Of a stretch of 64,000 bases of DNA, positions 1 through 11,429 are shown one piece after another (position 1 is the stretch's first letter; each line of letters opens with the position of its first letter). The notes below the pieces were generated by a model. That model had not been told where the DNA came from, made no database searches, and saw only the letters and a list, made by a program, of their open reading frames with translations. Source of the stretch: Gekko japonicus (Eukaryota); the NCBI RefSeq assembly GCF_001447785.1, contig NW_015175975.1, positions 798,142-862,141 of the forward strand. The letters are read 5' to 3'. The position numbers were made by a program, and so were the translations under genes.

Positions 1-191
1 AATTCCAGGAGATTTTGTGGTACAGTCTGAGGAGGCCATGGTTTGGGGAGGGAGAGGCCTCAGCCTGGTATAATGCCATAGAATCCACCCTCCAAAGCAG
101 ACATTTTCTCCATGGGGAAGGAACTCAGTTGTCTGGAATTCAGCTGTAATTCTGGGAGATCGCAGGTCTCACCTGAAAGCTGGCAACCCTA
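1..191 (+). mobile_element. Partial non-autonomous hAT-like MITE (TAGGGTTGCCA TIR family)
   Basis: Ends in TGGCAACCCTA; body matches the copies at 607-1044, 11430-11640 and 47017-47202. Confidence 0.75.
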
Positions 192-290
192 GGTCTAGAA
201 GCAACTTCTGGGTGATTTGATACCATCTGATCTGCATGACTCAACTGGGCCTGGCTGCTTTCTGCTGTTTAACAGCAGCCACCCAATGAA

Positions 291-512
291 AGCCAGTGTA
301 GTGTAGCGGTTTGAGCTTCAGAGCAGGGTTTAGGAAACCCAGCTTAAAATTCCTACCTTGCTGTGGGTGATTTTGGACAAGTTACATATGTTCAGCCTAA
401 CCTACCTCCCAGGATTATTGTGTGGATAAAAAGGAGGAGAGGAAAATAATGTAAGCTCCTTTGGTCCCTACTGTGGAGAAACAGGGTTATAAATTAAGTA
501 AGTAAATAATAA
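291..512 (+). mobile_element. tRNA/CORE SINE (Squam3-like), old copy embedded in the composite element
   Basis: gccagtgtagtgtagcggtt head, cagcctaacctacctc CORE segment, TAAA-rich tail. Confidence 0.75.
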
Positions 513-606
513 ATATAGCTGAAGATGGCAGGCAGATGAAAGGTAGGTTGGTGAATCACTGAAAAGGAGAAAACGAGGCAGGGAAAGGGTAGAGGTGGGC
601 AGGAGA

Positions 607-1044
607 TAGGGTTGCCAACCCTAGGTTAGGAAATTCCTAGAGACTGGGAGTGTGGAGAGGGTGGGATTTAAGGAGCAGAGGGACCTCACTGGGGTATAAT
701 GCCACAGATTCCACCTTTCAAAACAGCCATTTTCTCCAGGGGAATTATGGTTGCCAGCCTCCAGGTGGAGCTGGAGATCACTCAGAATTACAAATGCTCT
801 CCAGATGACAGAGATCGGTTCCCCTGGAGAAAATGGCATCTTTGGAGGGTAGACTCTATGGTATTAAACCCTGCTGAGGCTGCTTCCATCCCCAAACCTT
901 GCCCTCCTAAGGCTCCACCTCCAGCTTTCCAGGAATTTCCTAACCTGGAGCTGGCAATCCTAAATGGGAACTGATCTCTGTAGTTGGGAGATCTGTTGTA
1001 ATTCCAGAAGATCTCTGTGCTCCATCTGAAGGTTGGCAACTGTA
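607..1044 (+). mobile_element. hAT-like MITE with a second copy of the same family inserted in inverse orientation (746-962)
   Basis: Outer TIRs TAGGGTTGCCAACC...GGTTGGCAACTGTA with 8-bp TSD gcaggaga/gaaggaga; inner copy TATGGTTGCCA...TGGCAATCCTA. Confidence 0.85.
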
Positions 1045-1056
1045 GAAGGAGAGAAG

Positions 1057-1575
1057 TGTCACGGCTCAGGTGGGGTGTCACCTGATGCTGCCACCACTCT
1101 GGTTCCAGGCTCCCTTGAGAAGGCCCAGAGCACCCTCCCAAGACCAGACCTCCCTTTTGGCTGAATAATAGGTGTGAGGACCAGGCAGAGTAAACAATGA
1201 AAATAGTTTATTTTATAGGAGATCAAACAAACAAGGTGCAGAATAATAACAGTAAATGGGTGAAAAGAAATCAAATGCCCTAACACATCTAAATATATAC
1301 TGTCCCTAGCTCACTATCTCAAGTGGCCTTAAACTACTCACCCTTCCCTCAGGATGAGGGTTTCTCCCTACAGCAGCCTTCCTTCTGGCTCAGCCCTCTG
1401 GGAAAAAAGAACAGCTTTCCCTGTTGTACCAGTTCTCTTCTTCCCTATTGGTCAAAATTGGCACCAAAACTTCCCAAGGCCTTCTGGGATTTGTAGGCCC
1501 AGCCTCCTCCCACTGCTAGCCAGGCTCCCTGGGCCTAGTAGGCCTCTGGTAGCAAAGCCCAGATCAATTTTGACA
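1057..1575 (-). mobile_element. Solo LTR (Gypsy/ERV-like)
   Basis: TGTCA...TGACA termini, 5-bp TSD agaag/ggaag, AATAAA on the minus strand near 1207-1212. Confidence 0.7.
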
Positions 1576-1970
1576 GGAAGTATGAAAAGGGGACAGGCTA
1601 TAGGGGTTTTCAGAAAAGAAAAGAGGAAATAGTGGGGGAGGGGGAAATGAGATGTATTTAATTATCTTAGGCATCTTCCACAGCACCATATGTAGTTTAC
1701 AAACTCATTATTCCCAAACATGAGCGTGGATCCAGAACAGTATTTCTGTGAGCTCAAAAGACTTCCACCCATTAAGTGACTTTCTCACTCACACTTCCAG
1801 CTACGCCCCCAAAATGCAGTGCCTGGGAGCCCAAAGAAACCCTGCTCTGGGTCCAAATCAGAGGGTTACATTTCAAAGTCCTATGACAGGCATATCTTAG
1901 CATTAAAGCATTACGTGTCTTAAAAATAACGTATGTCACTTGTTTAACCCAATTTTTTCTTGTTTAAAAC

Positions 1971-2310
1971 TAGGCTTGCCAAGTCCCCCCGGGGGTGGGT
2001 GGGAAAACCCCCACCCTAGAGGCCTGTTACTTGCCGCCGGCGGATCGGGCCCCGGGGGAAACCCCACCCCCAAAGCACGCGCCATGCCCGGCGTCAGCAC
2101 GTCACCCTGAAGTGACGTAATTACATCGGACACATTGGGGGCGGGGCCACAATCATCCAAGGGAAAACTCGGATGATTGTGGCTCTGCCCTCAACGTGCC
2201 CGGCGTGATTGTGTCACTTCCGGGTGATGTAATTGCGGTGCGCGTGCATGGACTACCGGACGAGGACGGGACTCCCCCGCTATACAACAGGTGAGGACTT
2301 GGCAACACTA
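1971..2310. mobile_element. Young CpG-rich hAT-like MITE
   Basis: TIRs TAGGCTTGCCAAGTCC / GGACTTGGCAACACTA, perfect 8-bp TSD tttaaaac, internal palindrome centred near 2165. Confidence 0.88.
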
Positions 2311-2880
2311 TTTAAAACAGTATAATCATCCCCACAATATTGTCATCTTCCCCGTCTTGCTTGACCCTTAATCCTCTTGATCTATGGCATAATGTGGCCA
2401 CAAATACTTTTGTTTGCTTCATAATTGTGGCTCTAGAGTTAGAAGATGCCCCCTCTGAGACCTTTGTTGTAACCAAATGCTGTGCTCCAAGTACTCAGAA
2501 TTTTACAGTGCAATCGTATGCAGTAACTGTTAGCTTCCTGACCTGCCTTCTAGGAAGACCTAAGCCAGGCCAGCACGATATATAACCTATCAAGACCTTC
2601 AAAAACAGCCCATTTCTGCTGCTGGCCAGAAAAGGAATATTCAATACCTGGCCCAATACACGTCTAGTTCAGCCTGATAGTTCACAAGTTGTGCAGGCCT
2701 GCTCTGAGCTAAAAGGTTGTCGGGGGTGTGTGTGTAAACTTAACAAAGGTCAGGATTTTAGAAGTTACCTTAAATGGTTCATGAAATCAAACAGGTTAAG
2801 TGTTGTGAGATGCCTAAAAATGTGAGAACTGACCAAGCAGGAGGATATTTATTGGCCAGAATCAGCATTTTACATTTTTA

Positions 2881-3232
2881 AAGGTAAAGGTAAAGGTTCC
2901 CTTGCTTGAAAGCCAGTCGAATCCAACTCTAGGGTTGCGGTGCTCATCTCCGTTTCAAAGCCAAAGAGCCAGCGCTGTCCGAAGACGTTTCCGTGGTCAT
3001 GTGGCCGGCATGACTAAACACCAAGGCGCACGGAACGCTGTTACCTTCCCACCGAAGTGGTACCTATTTATCTACTTGCAATTTCTTGCTTTCGAACTGC
3101 TAGGTTGGCAGGAGCTGGAACTAGAGATGGGAGCTCACTCCATCATGCGGCACCCGGGTCTCGAACTGCTGAACTACTGAGCTTCCACAGCCTGCAGTTC
3201 AGCGTCTTAACCACTTGAGCCACCGCAGCTCC
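2881..3232 (-). mobile_element. Sauria SINE, apparently full length
   Basis: (ACCTTT)n BovB-type tail at the left end, tRNA-like head at the right end, flanking acatttttaaa-like TSD; near-identical to 19391-19622 and 35919-36176. Confidence 0.9.
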
Positions 3233-3627
3233 TAACATTTTTAAAACTTGGCTTTAAAACAGCAGTTAAAAAATGAACTGTGATCACTAACTGTAGTTCT
3301 AGCAATATTCCAAGGAGTCATGAAATTACATGCCAAGAAATTTACAGCCTTCAGCAACACACACACATAAATTCAAGGCCATTTCACATGATCTCTTGCT
3401 ACCTGACGACTCTGGGACAAGCATACTAGTCAGACACACCCATGTGGGCACACTACTGAACTCACAGTCTGCAGGGGTTTTCGAGGAGGCATCATTTATA
3501 AGAACTAGTGCTTACAAGTGGGGAACTCTACACCTGAATTTGTCAAAATCTCTGGAAGTGTGACACAGTCTCCCCCAACAGGGCTCACTTACAGCATGAA
3601 TCCCCCTTTTCTTGCATGGTAACTCAC

Positions 3628-3735
3628 CTGTGACTGGACATAGTCCCATGCATTCTCAATGGTCCTGTTTTTTTCATCATCAGGATTATAATCCTGGATG
3701 AGTTTATGGACGATTCCAGATACTTCTGCTTTGAG
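3628..3735 (-). CDS. CD82: CD82 coding exon 5 (108 nt; LKAEVSGIVHKLIQDYNPDDEKNRTIENAWDYVQSQ), start of large extracellular loop; gene continues left of the window
   Basis: Acceptor tttgccAG, donor CAG|GTGAGT; WDYVQ motif that precedes the CCG motif; NRT N-glycosylation sequon. Confidence 0.95.
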
Positions 3736-5920
3736 CTGGCAAAGAAACATGGGAAGGTTAATATCTTAGTGAGGCTTGCCCATTACATTACAAAACTGCA
3801 TTTGGTCCACTTGAATTTTGGCAACATGTGCAAGTTACTATACTATCTGATTAACTTCGTCCATAAATCATACTTTAACTTTCCAAACACAAAGACACAG
3901 TATGAGCATAAAAACTGTATATACAATCTACACAGAGCAGAATGCGTATTAAAAGGATAAATACATGAGCATTTATTCAAATTTGTACAAAAAGCTGCAG
4001 CAATGAAATATGTAATTTAAGAGTGTCAGGCCCTGATACAACATTAAACTGATGCTTACCTCACAATTTACAGGGGACCGACTTCTTTGCAGTTTCTTCC
4101 CACATTGCTCTGAACTATTTGGATGCAGGACTACATTAAGGGGATTGTATGGTTCCCTCCTTGGGAAGGAATCCTAGAAGGCCCATCCGCTGCTTGGATA
4201 CTCATTCTGTGCACCATCAAGGTCTCCAGGCTTGCTGGCAAGAGAGCTTTAGGTGCCACCTTAACCTTTAAGTTATCCTGTTGCTATGTTCTTCCCTATA
4301 GGCTTCATTGAGAAGTGCAGGACTTCCTCATCACCTGTCTTGAAGCAGGAAAGCGTGTGTTCTTACGCAACTCCCCCCTCCCTTCTATACTACTTACACA
4401 AGCATCCTTGTGTATCCATGTGTACATGGGATGCATGCTCACAGTGAGAACAGGCCATTATTTAATATACTTTAAGTTTAAGACTAAGACTAGGCTTGCC
4501 ATGGAGTATTAAGGAATTTCTCTTTGGACAAAGGGCAGCCCAAATTGTGCTTACCACAGCTAGCAATGTCAAACAAAGGCCCATCTCCCACATTAGGCAA
4601 GACCTACTGCTTGGAGGTGACACTCCTCTGTCATGGGAGTCACAAGGCTATCAGGGTACGTTCCAATTGGGGTCAGATACAGAGAGAAACATTAAGCCAA
4701 CCCTAAAACTGTATTTTCCCTCCAAGAATACTGCACAGATGAGGCTGTGGAAGATGAGGACTTTCTTAGCCAATGCAACTGAGAGAGTGTGTGTATATAT
4801 GGGGGGAGTGCTGCAGGTTGTACCGCTGTGCTTCTGCCAGTAAGCAGATCTTCCTCAGTGGACCACATGAAAATGTCTCATTCAGTGGGGGTGGCCTAAT
4901 AACCTATTTCAGTCATACAGCCAGTCTGTGTCTTCCTCATCCTGCTTTGCCTCCAGTCACTCAAAAAAGCCCCAAGCAGCCAAGTGCAAGAACCCAGCAA
5001 CAACTAGAGAGTCAGGCAGGGGATTCAGCTGGCACTTGAAGGCACTGGCAATGGGCTTTCAACTGGGTCAAGTTCCACAGCAAATAAGTAATTGTGAGCA
5101 GTCTGTCATGCTGCCAGATTCTAGCATATGGCGACCCTGTTCAGCTCCAATAAAGCTTGGCAGAGAAGCTCAGACACATAAACCCAAAAATGCTGTGGCG
5201 TAGAAGCTACACGCAGACTGCCTTTCAGCAAAGCTGCTTGGAAGTAGGCTACATTATCTGCTTATGCACTTCTACTGGACTTCCATGGGGAAAAATAATC
5301 ATGCAACCTTGCCCATCCTTCCCCTCTTCCCCACCCCAGTTGATGTCTAACCCTCATCCCATTACTTAACTGCTCATTCTTGCCCCCACCCTTATAAGCA
5401 GGAGGGGACTGATGAGAAGCAAAGCAATTTGACCTGGTTCCTGCAGCTAATGCAATTGGTTTTGGCTACTTTTGTCCTAAGTGGCAGTAAGCCTGCGGGC
5501 TTTTCTCTCTCCTCTGTGTTCTGCATAGTGGGGCAAGAGAAAGCTGCTTTCGTGTACTAGACTTCAACCTGCTGCTTTCAAAGACTTCTAATGGTGACTG
5601 AAGCTTCCATTCCAAATTGTGCAACGTTCTGTGTGCTTGCCTAACCAAGGAGCAAGGATTCATCTAGGCTAGCGTCATCATGACTTAGGCCCCAAATCTA
5701 ATTTTTATGCCCAAGATGAATCCAATTACTATACTTCTGGATTTGGGCTTCTGAGGACATGTACAGTGTAGAATCACAGTCTCTTCCCACACATGAAGTA
5801 CTAAATCAGGAAGGCCTAAAATAGGATGCATGGCTTTCAAGTGAATGCAGTCTCATCACCATTGATACAATCATCCCCAATAATTTGAAACACCAACTTC
5901 CCAGTGACCATGTCCTTTAC

Positions 5921-6704
5921 TAAGGATGGGCACAAACCAGTTCATGAGCCAAAATTTAGGCTAGAGTTGCCAGGGCTCCAGGGTCTGCCCTGAGATTACA
6001 TTGTTGACATTGGGTGGGGGGTGATGCTCTAGTTTTGGGGCAAAACTCTATGGTTTGAGCCCAATTTTACCATAGAGTTTTGCCCAAAAACTAGAGCATC
6101 ACCCCCTCCAGCGGCGTGATGACGCCACCTCTGGGTGACATCATCATGTCGTGTTTGGGGGCATTTGCAGGTGGGTTTTCCCCCACTGGCCAGCTGGATG
6201 GCAGCAGAAAGGGCTCTGTAAAAATGGGGGAACCCCCACCCAGACCAGGGGCCTGGCAACCCTAATTCAGGCCAAACTATGTCTGGTTTGAAGCTCAGTA
6301 ACCGCTATTCAGGGAAGATGCATTCCCTGAACATTTACCAGACTTTTGGGTCCATTTGGCTGTTTGGGGCCAGCCATTTAACCCTTTGGTTTTGCTCCCT
6401 GCCACTTCAAGGGGGGAGCCAAACCAAAGGGTTAAATTAAGCCCCTTTCCAGCCAATCCCCACCCCTTTCTCCCAGCTGCAGTGAGCCATGTCTGGGAGA
6501 AAGGTGAAAGGGAAGTCCCTCTCAAGGTGATCCCCACTCCCTTTCTCCTGGCTGTGGCTTTCCATGGCTGGAAGAAAGGGGGAACTGAACTTACCAGACT
6601 GGTTCAGTTCGTGTGGGGCCTGTTCAGTTCAGCTTGGGATTCAGTTCATGTGCTGCCCGGAACCTTGAATTGAACCCCCTTTTTTAGGTTCGTGCCCATC
6701 CCTA
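5921..6704. mobile_element. hAT-like non-autonomous element (TAGGGATGGGCACGAAC TIR) containing a nested TAGGGTTGCCA-family MITE (5962-6264)
   Basis: Outer TSD tcctttac/tcccttac; inner TIRs TAGAGTTGCCAGG / CCTGGCAACCCTA with TSD atttaggc/attcaggc. Confidence 0.82.
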
Positions 6705-7673
6705 TCCCTTACACACTACATCAACCATAGTTTTCCCCCCAAAGACCCCACATATTTGCCCAAATACCATGGGACTTATGAGCAGGTGAACTTGGTTTAA
6801 TGGTGCCATTAAAGTGAACAACTCTAACGCCCCTACCAAGGGCATATAATGGAAAATAAAATTACTGTTTAGTAAGACCTTTTGCTTTCCAGTTTGAGGC
6901 AGGGGAAGGAGATGTTGCACACACTTCACCCTGCACAAACAGATCTTTGAACCATCTCAATCATTTATAGAAGTGCTTGCAAGAATCAACGCTTGTTGTC
7001 AAAACCAAACTTTTATTTCTTCAGCATCAGCTGAAATAATTCCAGTGTCATAAAATGAGGTTTAGATCTCCACAACTTAGAACATTGCTTTAGTTCTGCT
7101 TTCAGTGAAAGTGGGACAAAAGGTCATAGCAACAAATATGTACAGTATCTTGTTTTTGTGCTTTCCTCAGATGGAAGTCTTATAATGGGTTGCTTTAAAG
7201 GAGTGCAGCACTAATAGTGTGGATTTGCAGGAAGTGGAGCAAAGAAATTAGACCTGAGGTAACAAAACCACATACATACCCCTACCTAATCTCTAAAGGG
7301 AGGCAGGGCACAGCAAGTACAAGAAAGAATATAGCTAGGCACAGCTTGATGACAGTTATTTTAAAAGATGTCTTTCAGGAATGTTCAGGTGGCTTATTTA
7401 AAAGAGACAATATAAAAACCAGGAAGCAGAACAGACAGAGACAGATATCAAACCCAAAAGCCACTGTATAAAACAGAGATGCAAGGCCATAATAAGAAAG
7501 AGGCACACCATACTATCAATGTAGTTCAAATGGCTGCTGAAAAAAGGGCACTGAAAGTATGCGCTTGTTATTTTGGGAGGAGTACATCCTACCAAACGTA
7601 AGTTGAATGGAGGTGGTAACTTCTATCAAGTTGCAGTGGACTTATGGAAATCCCATATGGTTTTCAAGGTGAG

Positions 7674-8222
7674 AGACATTTGGAGGTAGTTTATCAAATC
7701 ACTGAACCACAGCCTAGAGCACCTCAGTCTTGTCATGATTGTTTGCCCCATCTAGCCCACCACAGAATCCAGACTCAGATTAAGAAGAGCCACAGCTTTA
7801 GTGGACAAACTAGCTGCTCCATTTAACTCATGGCCATCACAGGGACTTGGAGTCAGACAGCAGCTGCAAGTTCCCTGTGGGAACTCGCTTCTATAGCCCC
7901 ACAGGGTCCCAGTTCTGATCAAGAACTGCAGTGTGGGGGGCAGGATCAGACATTTGGAGGTAGTTTACCAAATCACTGAACCACAGCCTAGAGCACCTCA
8001 GTCTTGTCATGATTGTTTGCCCCTTCTAGCCCACCACAGAATCCAGATGCAGATTAAGAAGAGCCACAGCTTTAGTGGACAAACTAGTTGCTCCATTTAA
8101 CTCATGGCCATCACAGGGACTTTGAGTCAGACAGCAGCTGCAAGTTCCCTGTGGGAACTCGCTTCTACAGCCCCACAGGGTCCCAGTTCTGATCAAGAAC
8201 TGCAGTGTGGGGGGCAGGATCA
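7674..8222. repeat. Tandem duplication, two units of about 274 bp
   Basis: agacatttggaggtag... starts at 7674 and again at 7948; only a handful of substitutions. Confidence 0.95.
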
Positions 8223-8521
8223 GCTCTAGCCTTCCTCGTGCAAGTTTCCTGACACAAGACAGTACACATGCAGCCCCGATATGGGGCAAACAGCATTCAA
8301 TTCAGTTAGCATTCTTTTTTTTTTTAAAGCTACAGGCATTGCTTCTGTTATTTCAGAGAATTTTAATTCCCCTGATTTTTTTTTTAAGATTTCAGATTTT
8401 CCTGTAACCTTGGGACTTCCTTCAGGTTTGTAGAGAGATCCCCTGTTATCTCTCCCTAATTCCATCCTGGAGCTCTATCAATCACATTCCCTATAGCCTG
8501 GTTCCAAAATAGATATACCAA

Positions 8522-9290
8522 CAAGCAGGGGACCTGTGAGGACTGGCAGGGGACATCTCATTTCCCCTACCCCACTGTTTCCTCTTTTTCTTCCCTAAAA
8601 GTCCCATAGCCTCTCCCCTTTTCCTGCTTTATTCTTTCCTTCCCCCCCACCAGCCAATCTACTGTTATCGGCTCCCCAACTTCAGCCTTCCCTCCCCCAG
8701 TGGCATCTGCCTAGGAAAACTATGGTCCAGTTGCATGGTGTCTTCTGCCAAGTCAGGCCCAGTTGTATGTTGGGGAGCTCACAAGGGCTTGCAGGGAGGC
8801 ACCTCATTTCCCCTGTATCCCCCCTCCCTTCACTATTTTCCTCTTTCCTTCATCCTGGCAAGCCCCATTTCCTCTCTCTTTTATCATTCTCTCCTTCTAA
8901 GCCATTCACCAACCTACCTTTTATTTGCCTCGCATCATCAGCTATATTAATTATTGGCTTCATTTATACCCCACCTTTCTCCATAATAGAGCCCCAAAGC
9001 AACTTGTATCATTCTCCAATCCTCCATTTTATCCTCACAACAATGCTGCAAGGTAGGTTAGGCTGAGAATGTATAACTAGCCCAAGGTCATCCGTGAGTT
9101 TACATGGAAAAGTGGTGATTTGATCTGGGTCTACCAGATCCTAGTTTGAAACTCTAACCGCTATACCACACTGGCTTATGTGGGATGGCCACTGTTGAAC
9201 AGCAAGCTGAGCCTGGTTGAGTCATGGAAGTTGGGTGGTAGCAAGTCGCTTGGTGGTTGCTGGTAGGCCTGGTCCCCTTAAAAGGCCAAA
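8522..9290 (-). mobile_element. Composite non-autonomous Helitron-like element with embedded SINE (about 8945-9176) and two 3'-end-like modules
   Basis: Minus strand ends ...gagatgtcccctgccagtcctcacaggtcccctgCTTG|T (hairpin plus CTRR-like end); a related module sits at 8771-8820; homologous to 192-1655. Confidence 0.55.
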
Positions 9291-9959
9291 ACAGTCCAGA
9301 AAAGAACCTAACACCTTACCCCTGCTTTTTCCTGACAGAAATTAAGACTGGAACCAGCTGGCAATATTGTGTGGTTGCCTAGCAACAGCCACTGAGGGCA
9401 TCTGTTTCTTAAAGCTACAGGCTCTGCTTCTATTATTTGGGGAGGGAGTTATTTCAGATTTTTCTGCAAACCTGGGGCATTTTTCAGGTTTGTAGAAAGA
9501 CTGGTTGTGTCTGTTCACAGTTCCCATCTCTGGATTTATGTATCCACAGATTCAGCCACACTGAGAATTAGATACATTGATTAGATACATTAGATACACT
9601 GAAAAAGAGTGAATGCTGGGTGTCATCGAAAAACTGATGACAATGCACAGAATATTTCCAAATGACCTATCCCAGCAGCTTTTTGTTGTTGATGATGATA
9701 ATGAAGTTAAATACCATGGAAAGAAAGCCTCTCTCCTTGAATGTTCTCACGTGACAGCTTCACTCTTCCCAGTGGAGTCTATTGGCTCTCCCCTCCCCTG
9801 TCTACAATGTACTCTGACAATCTGGGCTGGAGCTTTTTCAGTGGCTATCCCATGCTTTATGGAACACCCCTGAGAAGCCGGGGGGGGGGGCTTCTACCCT
9901 CCTGGCTTTCCAATGAGGCTGTGAAGCAGAACTATTCCACAGAGCAGTTGTAACAGTCT

Positions 9960-10250
9960 AAGACTGGGCCTCTGTTTAGGCTTTTAATTATGTGATTTTA
10001 TATGGTTTGTATGCATTTGATTTTATTACTACCCTCCCTGGGTCCTGGCTTGGTCAGTAGAAAGGCGAATTCATAAATATTTTTAAATAAATCAATAGGA
10101 CCCAGATGGAGATGAACAGCAATCATGTGAACTCTGCCCTCTAGAAAAGATGAGAGCCACTGAAGCATGGTACCTCCAGATCCCATCGTATTCTGCGGTC
10201 CAAAAGGATACCATGGTAGATGGTATTTAAAAACATTCAAGGAAATGAAC
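9960..10250. mobile_element. Old L2 LINE fragments (plus-strand 3' tail, then minus-strand RT piece)
   Basis: TAAA-type 3' end near 10090; minus-strand peptide GTMLQWLSSFLEGR resembles the L2 RT segment seen at 22530. Confidence 0.5.
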
Positions 10251-10619
10251 AGGGACTCCTGCACAGGCTGTCCCTCCTGCACAGGTTGTCAGCTATGGTA
10301 ACATGGCCATTTCAAAACTAAAGCCACAATGAAAGAGACCTACTTAAATCATCCAAAAAGCTACCACATGCCCAATTGCTTTCACTCAAAAATAGAACAC
10401 TGCAGACCAACCTACAGTTACGACTGGGCACATCATGGGAAATCCCCCACCTAGAAGCATACAAGGGCCTCCTTCAGTAATGCTAGGACAGTCCTGTCCC
10501 TTAATGAGGTATTTGCTACTTCAGCCTTTATGTAGGGAACCTTGAAAGTACCAACCTTGAAAGTGCTGAATGTGCACAAGGTAAACTGGTCATTTATAAG
10601 TTTCTCTTAGTTGCCTTTT

Positions 10620-11260
10620 TTCTAGAGGTTTATAAAATTGCACATGTATTAAAAAAAACTGGATAGACAACTTTTTCCTCTCTCTCCCCTACTAAAACTT
10701 GCAGATTGGATGTTGTGACAGCCACTAGCTCTGCTGGCTTCAAAAGGGGATTTGTGACCCAATTGTTAAGCTCTTTGACATAAAATTCTACCGTTTAATT
10801 ACTCATGGACTCCTTTTTGTAATCAACTTAATCTAAAAAAGTATTATTAATTTCTTACATCATAATTTATTTTGGAATAACAGTGAGATAAACCGACTGT
10901 AAATAGCATCACCTTTACTGTTTGCCCTGAATTCTAGTTTTATGGTAGAGAGAGAAAGATTTATATCTACTTTCTCTGCCCCATGACTAATTTTATAAAC
11001 ATCTCTCCTCCCTTAGCTATCTGTTTTCTAAACTGAAGAGTCCCAGACTCATTAGCCTTTCCTCACTGGTTTAATCATCAATCCTGTTCTGTATTTTTTC
11101 CAGTCCTGCAACATGCTTCTGGAGATAGAGCAACCAGAAACTTATGCAGTATTCCAAGTGAGGCTATACCATAGATCTAAACAAAGGCATTAAAATGTTG
11201 AAAATAAAATTGAAATCTCCTTCTTAATAATATCCCATATGGAGTTTGCCTTTTCACCAC
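10620..11260. mobile_element. Two old CR1 fragments in opposite orientations (about 10620-10755 +, about 10960-11260 -)
   Basis: Degenerate matches to gaggtttataaaat..., gcagtattccaagtgagg..., ctaataatcccc of the younger CR1 copies in this window. Confidence 0.6.
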
Positions 11261-11429
11261 TGCCACACACTGAGTTGTCTGTTTTGTAATCAAGCCTTCC
11301 CCTACAATACCCAAAATTTCTTTCTTTCGAATCCCTTTTGGATGGGTCATTTTGAACTGGAGGCTCTGCCATGTCTTTTGGTTTCCTATGAATTTCTAAA
11401 CTGTCCTCAGCAAGAGGGCCTTAGATGAA

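Larger units (their letters stand above)
192..1655 (+). mobile_element. Composite Helitron-like element with embedded SINE, interrupted by a MITE nest and a solo LTR; inverted homolog of 8522-9290
   Basis: 192-290, 291-600 and 1576-1655 align collinearly, by eye, to the reverse complement of 9270-9180, 9176-8870 and 8640-8555. Confidence 0.6.

Noticed and set aside
1665-1695. Minus-strand TGC TGT GGA (CCG motif) as the next CD82 exon
   Set aside because: Stop codon four codons later, no W or acceptor context; the CCG exon must lie left of the window.
9613-9873. 86-aa ORF (MLGVIEKL...) as a nested gene
   Set aside because: No recognisable homology, splice context or partner exons.
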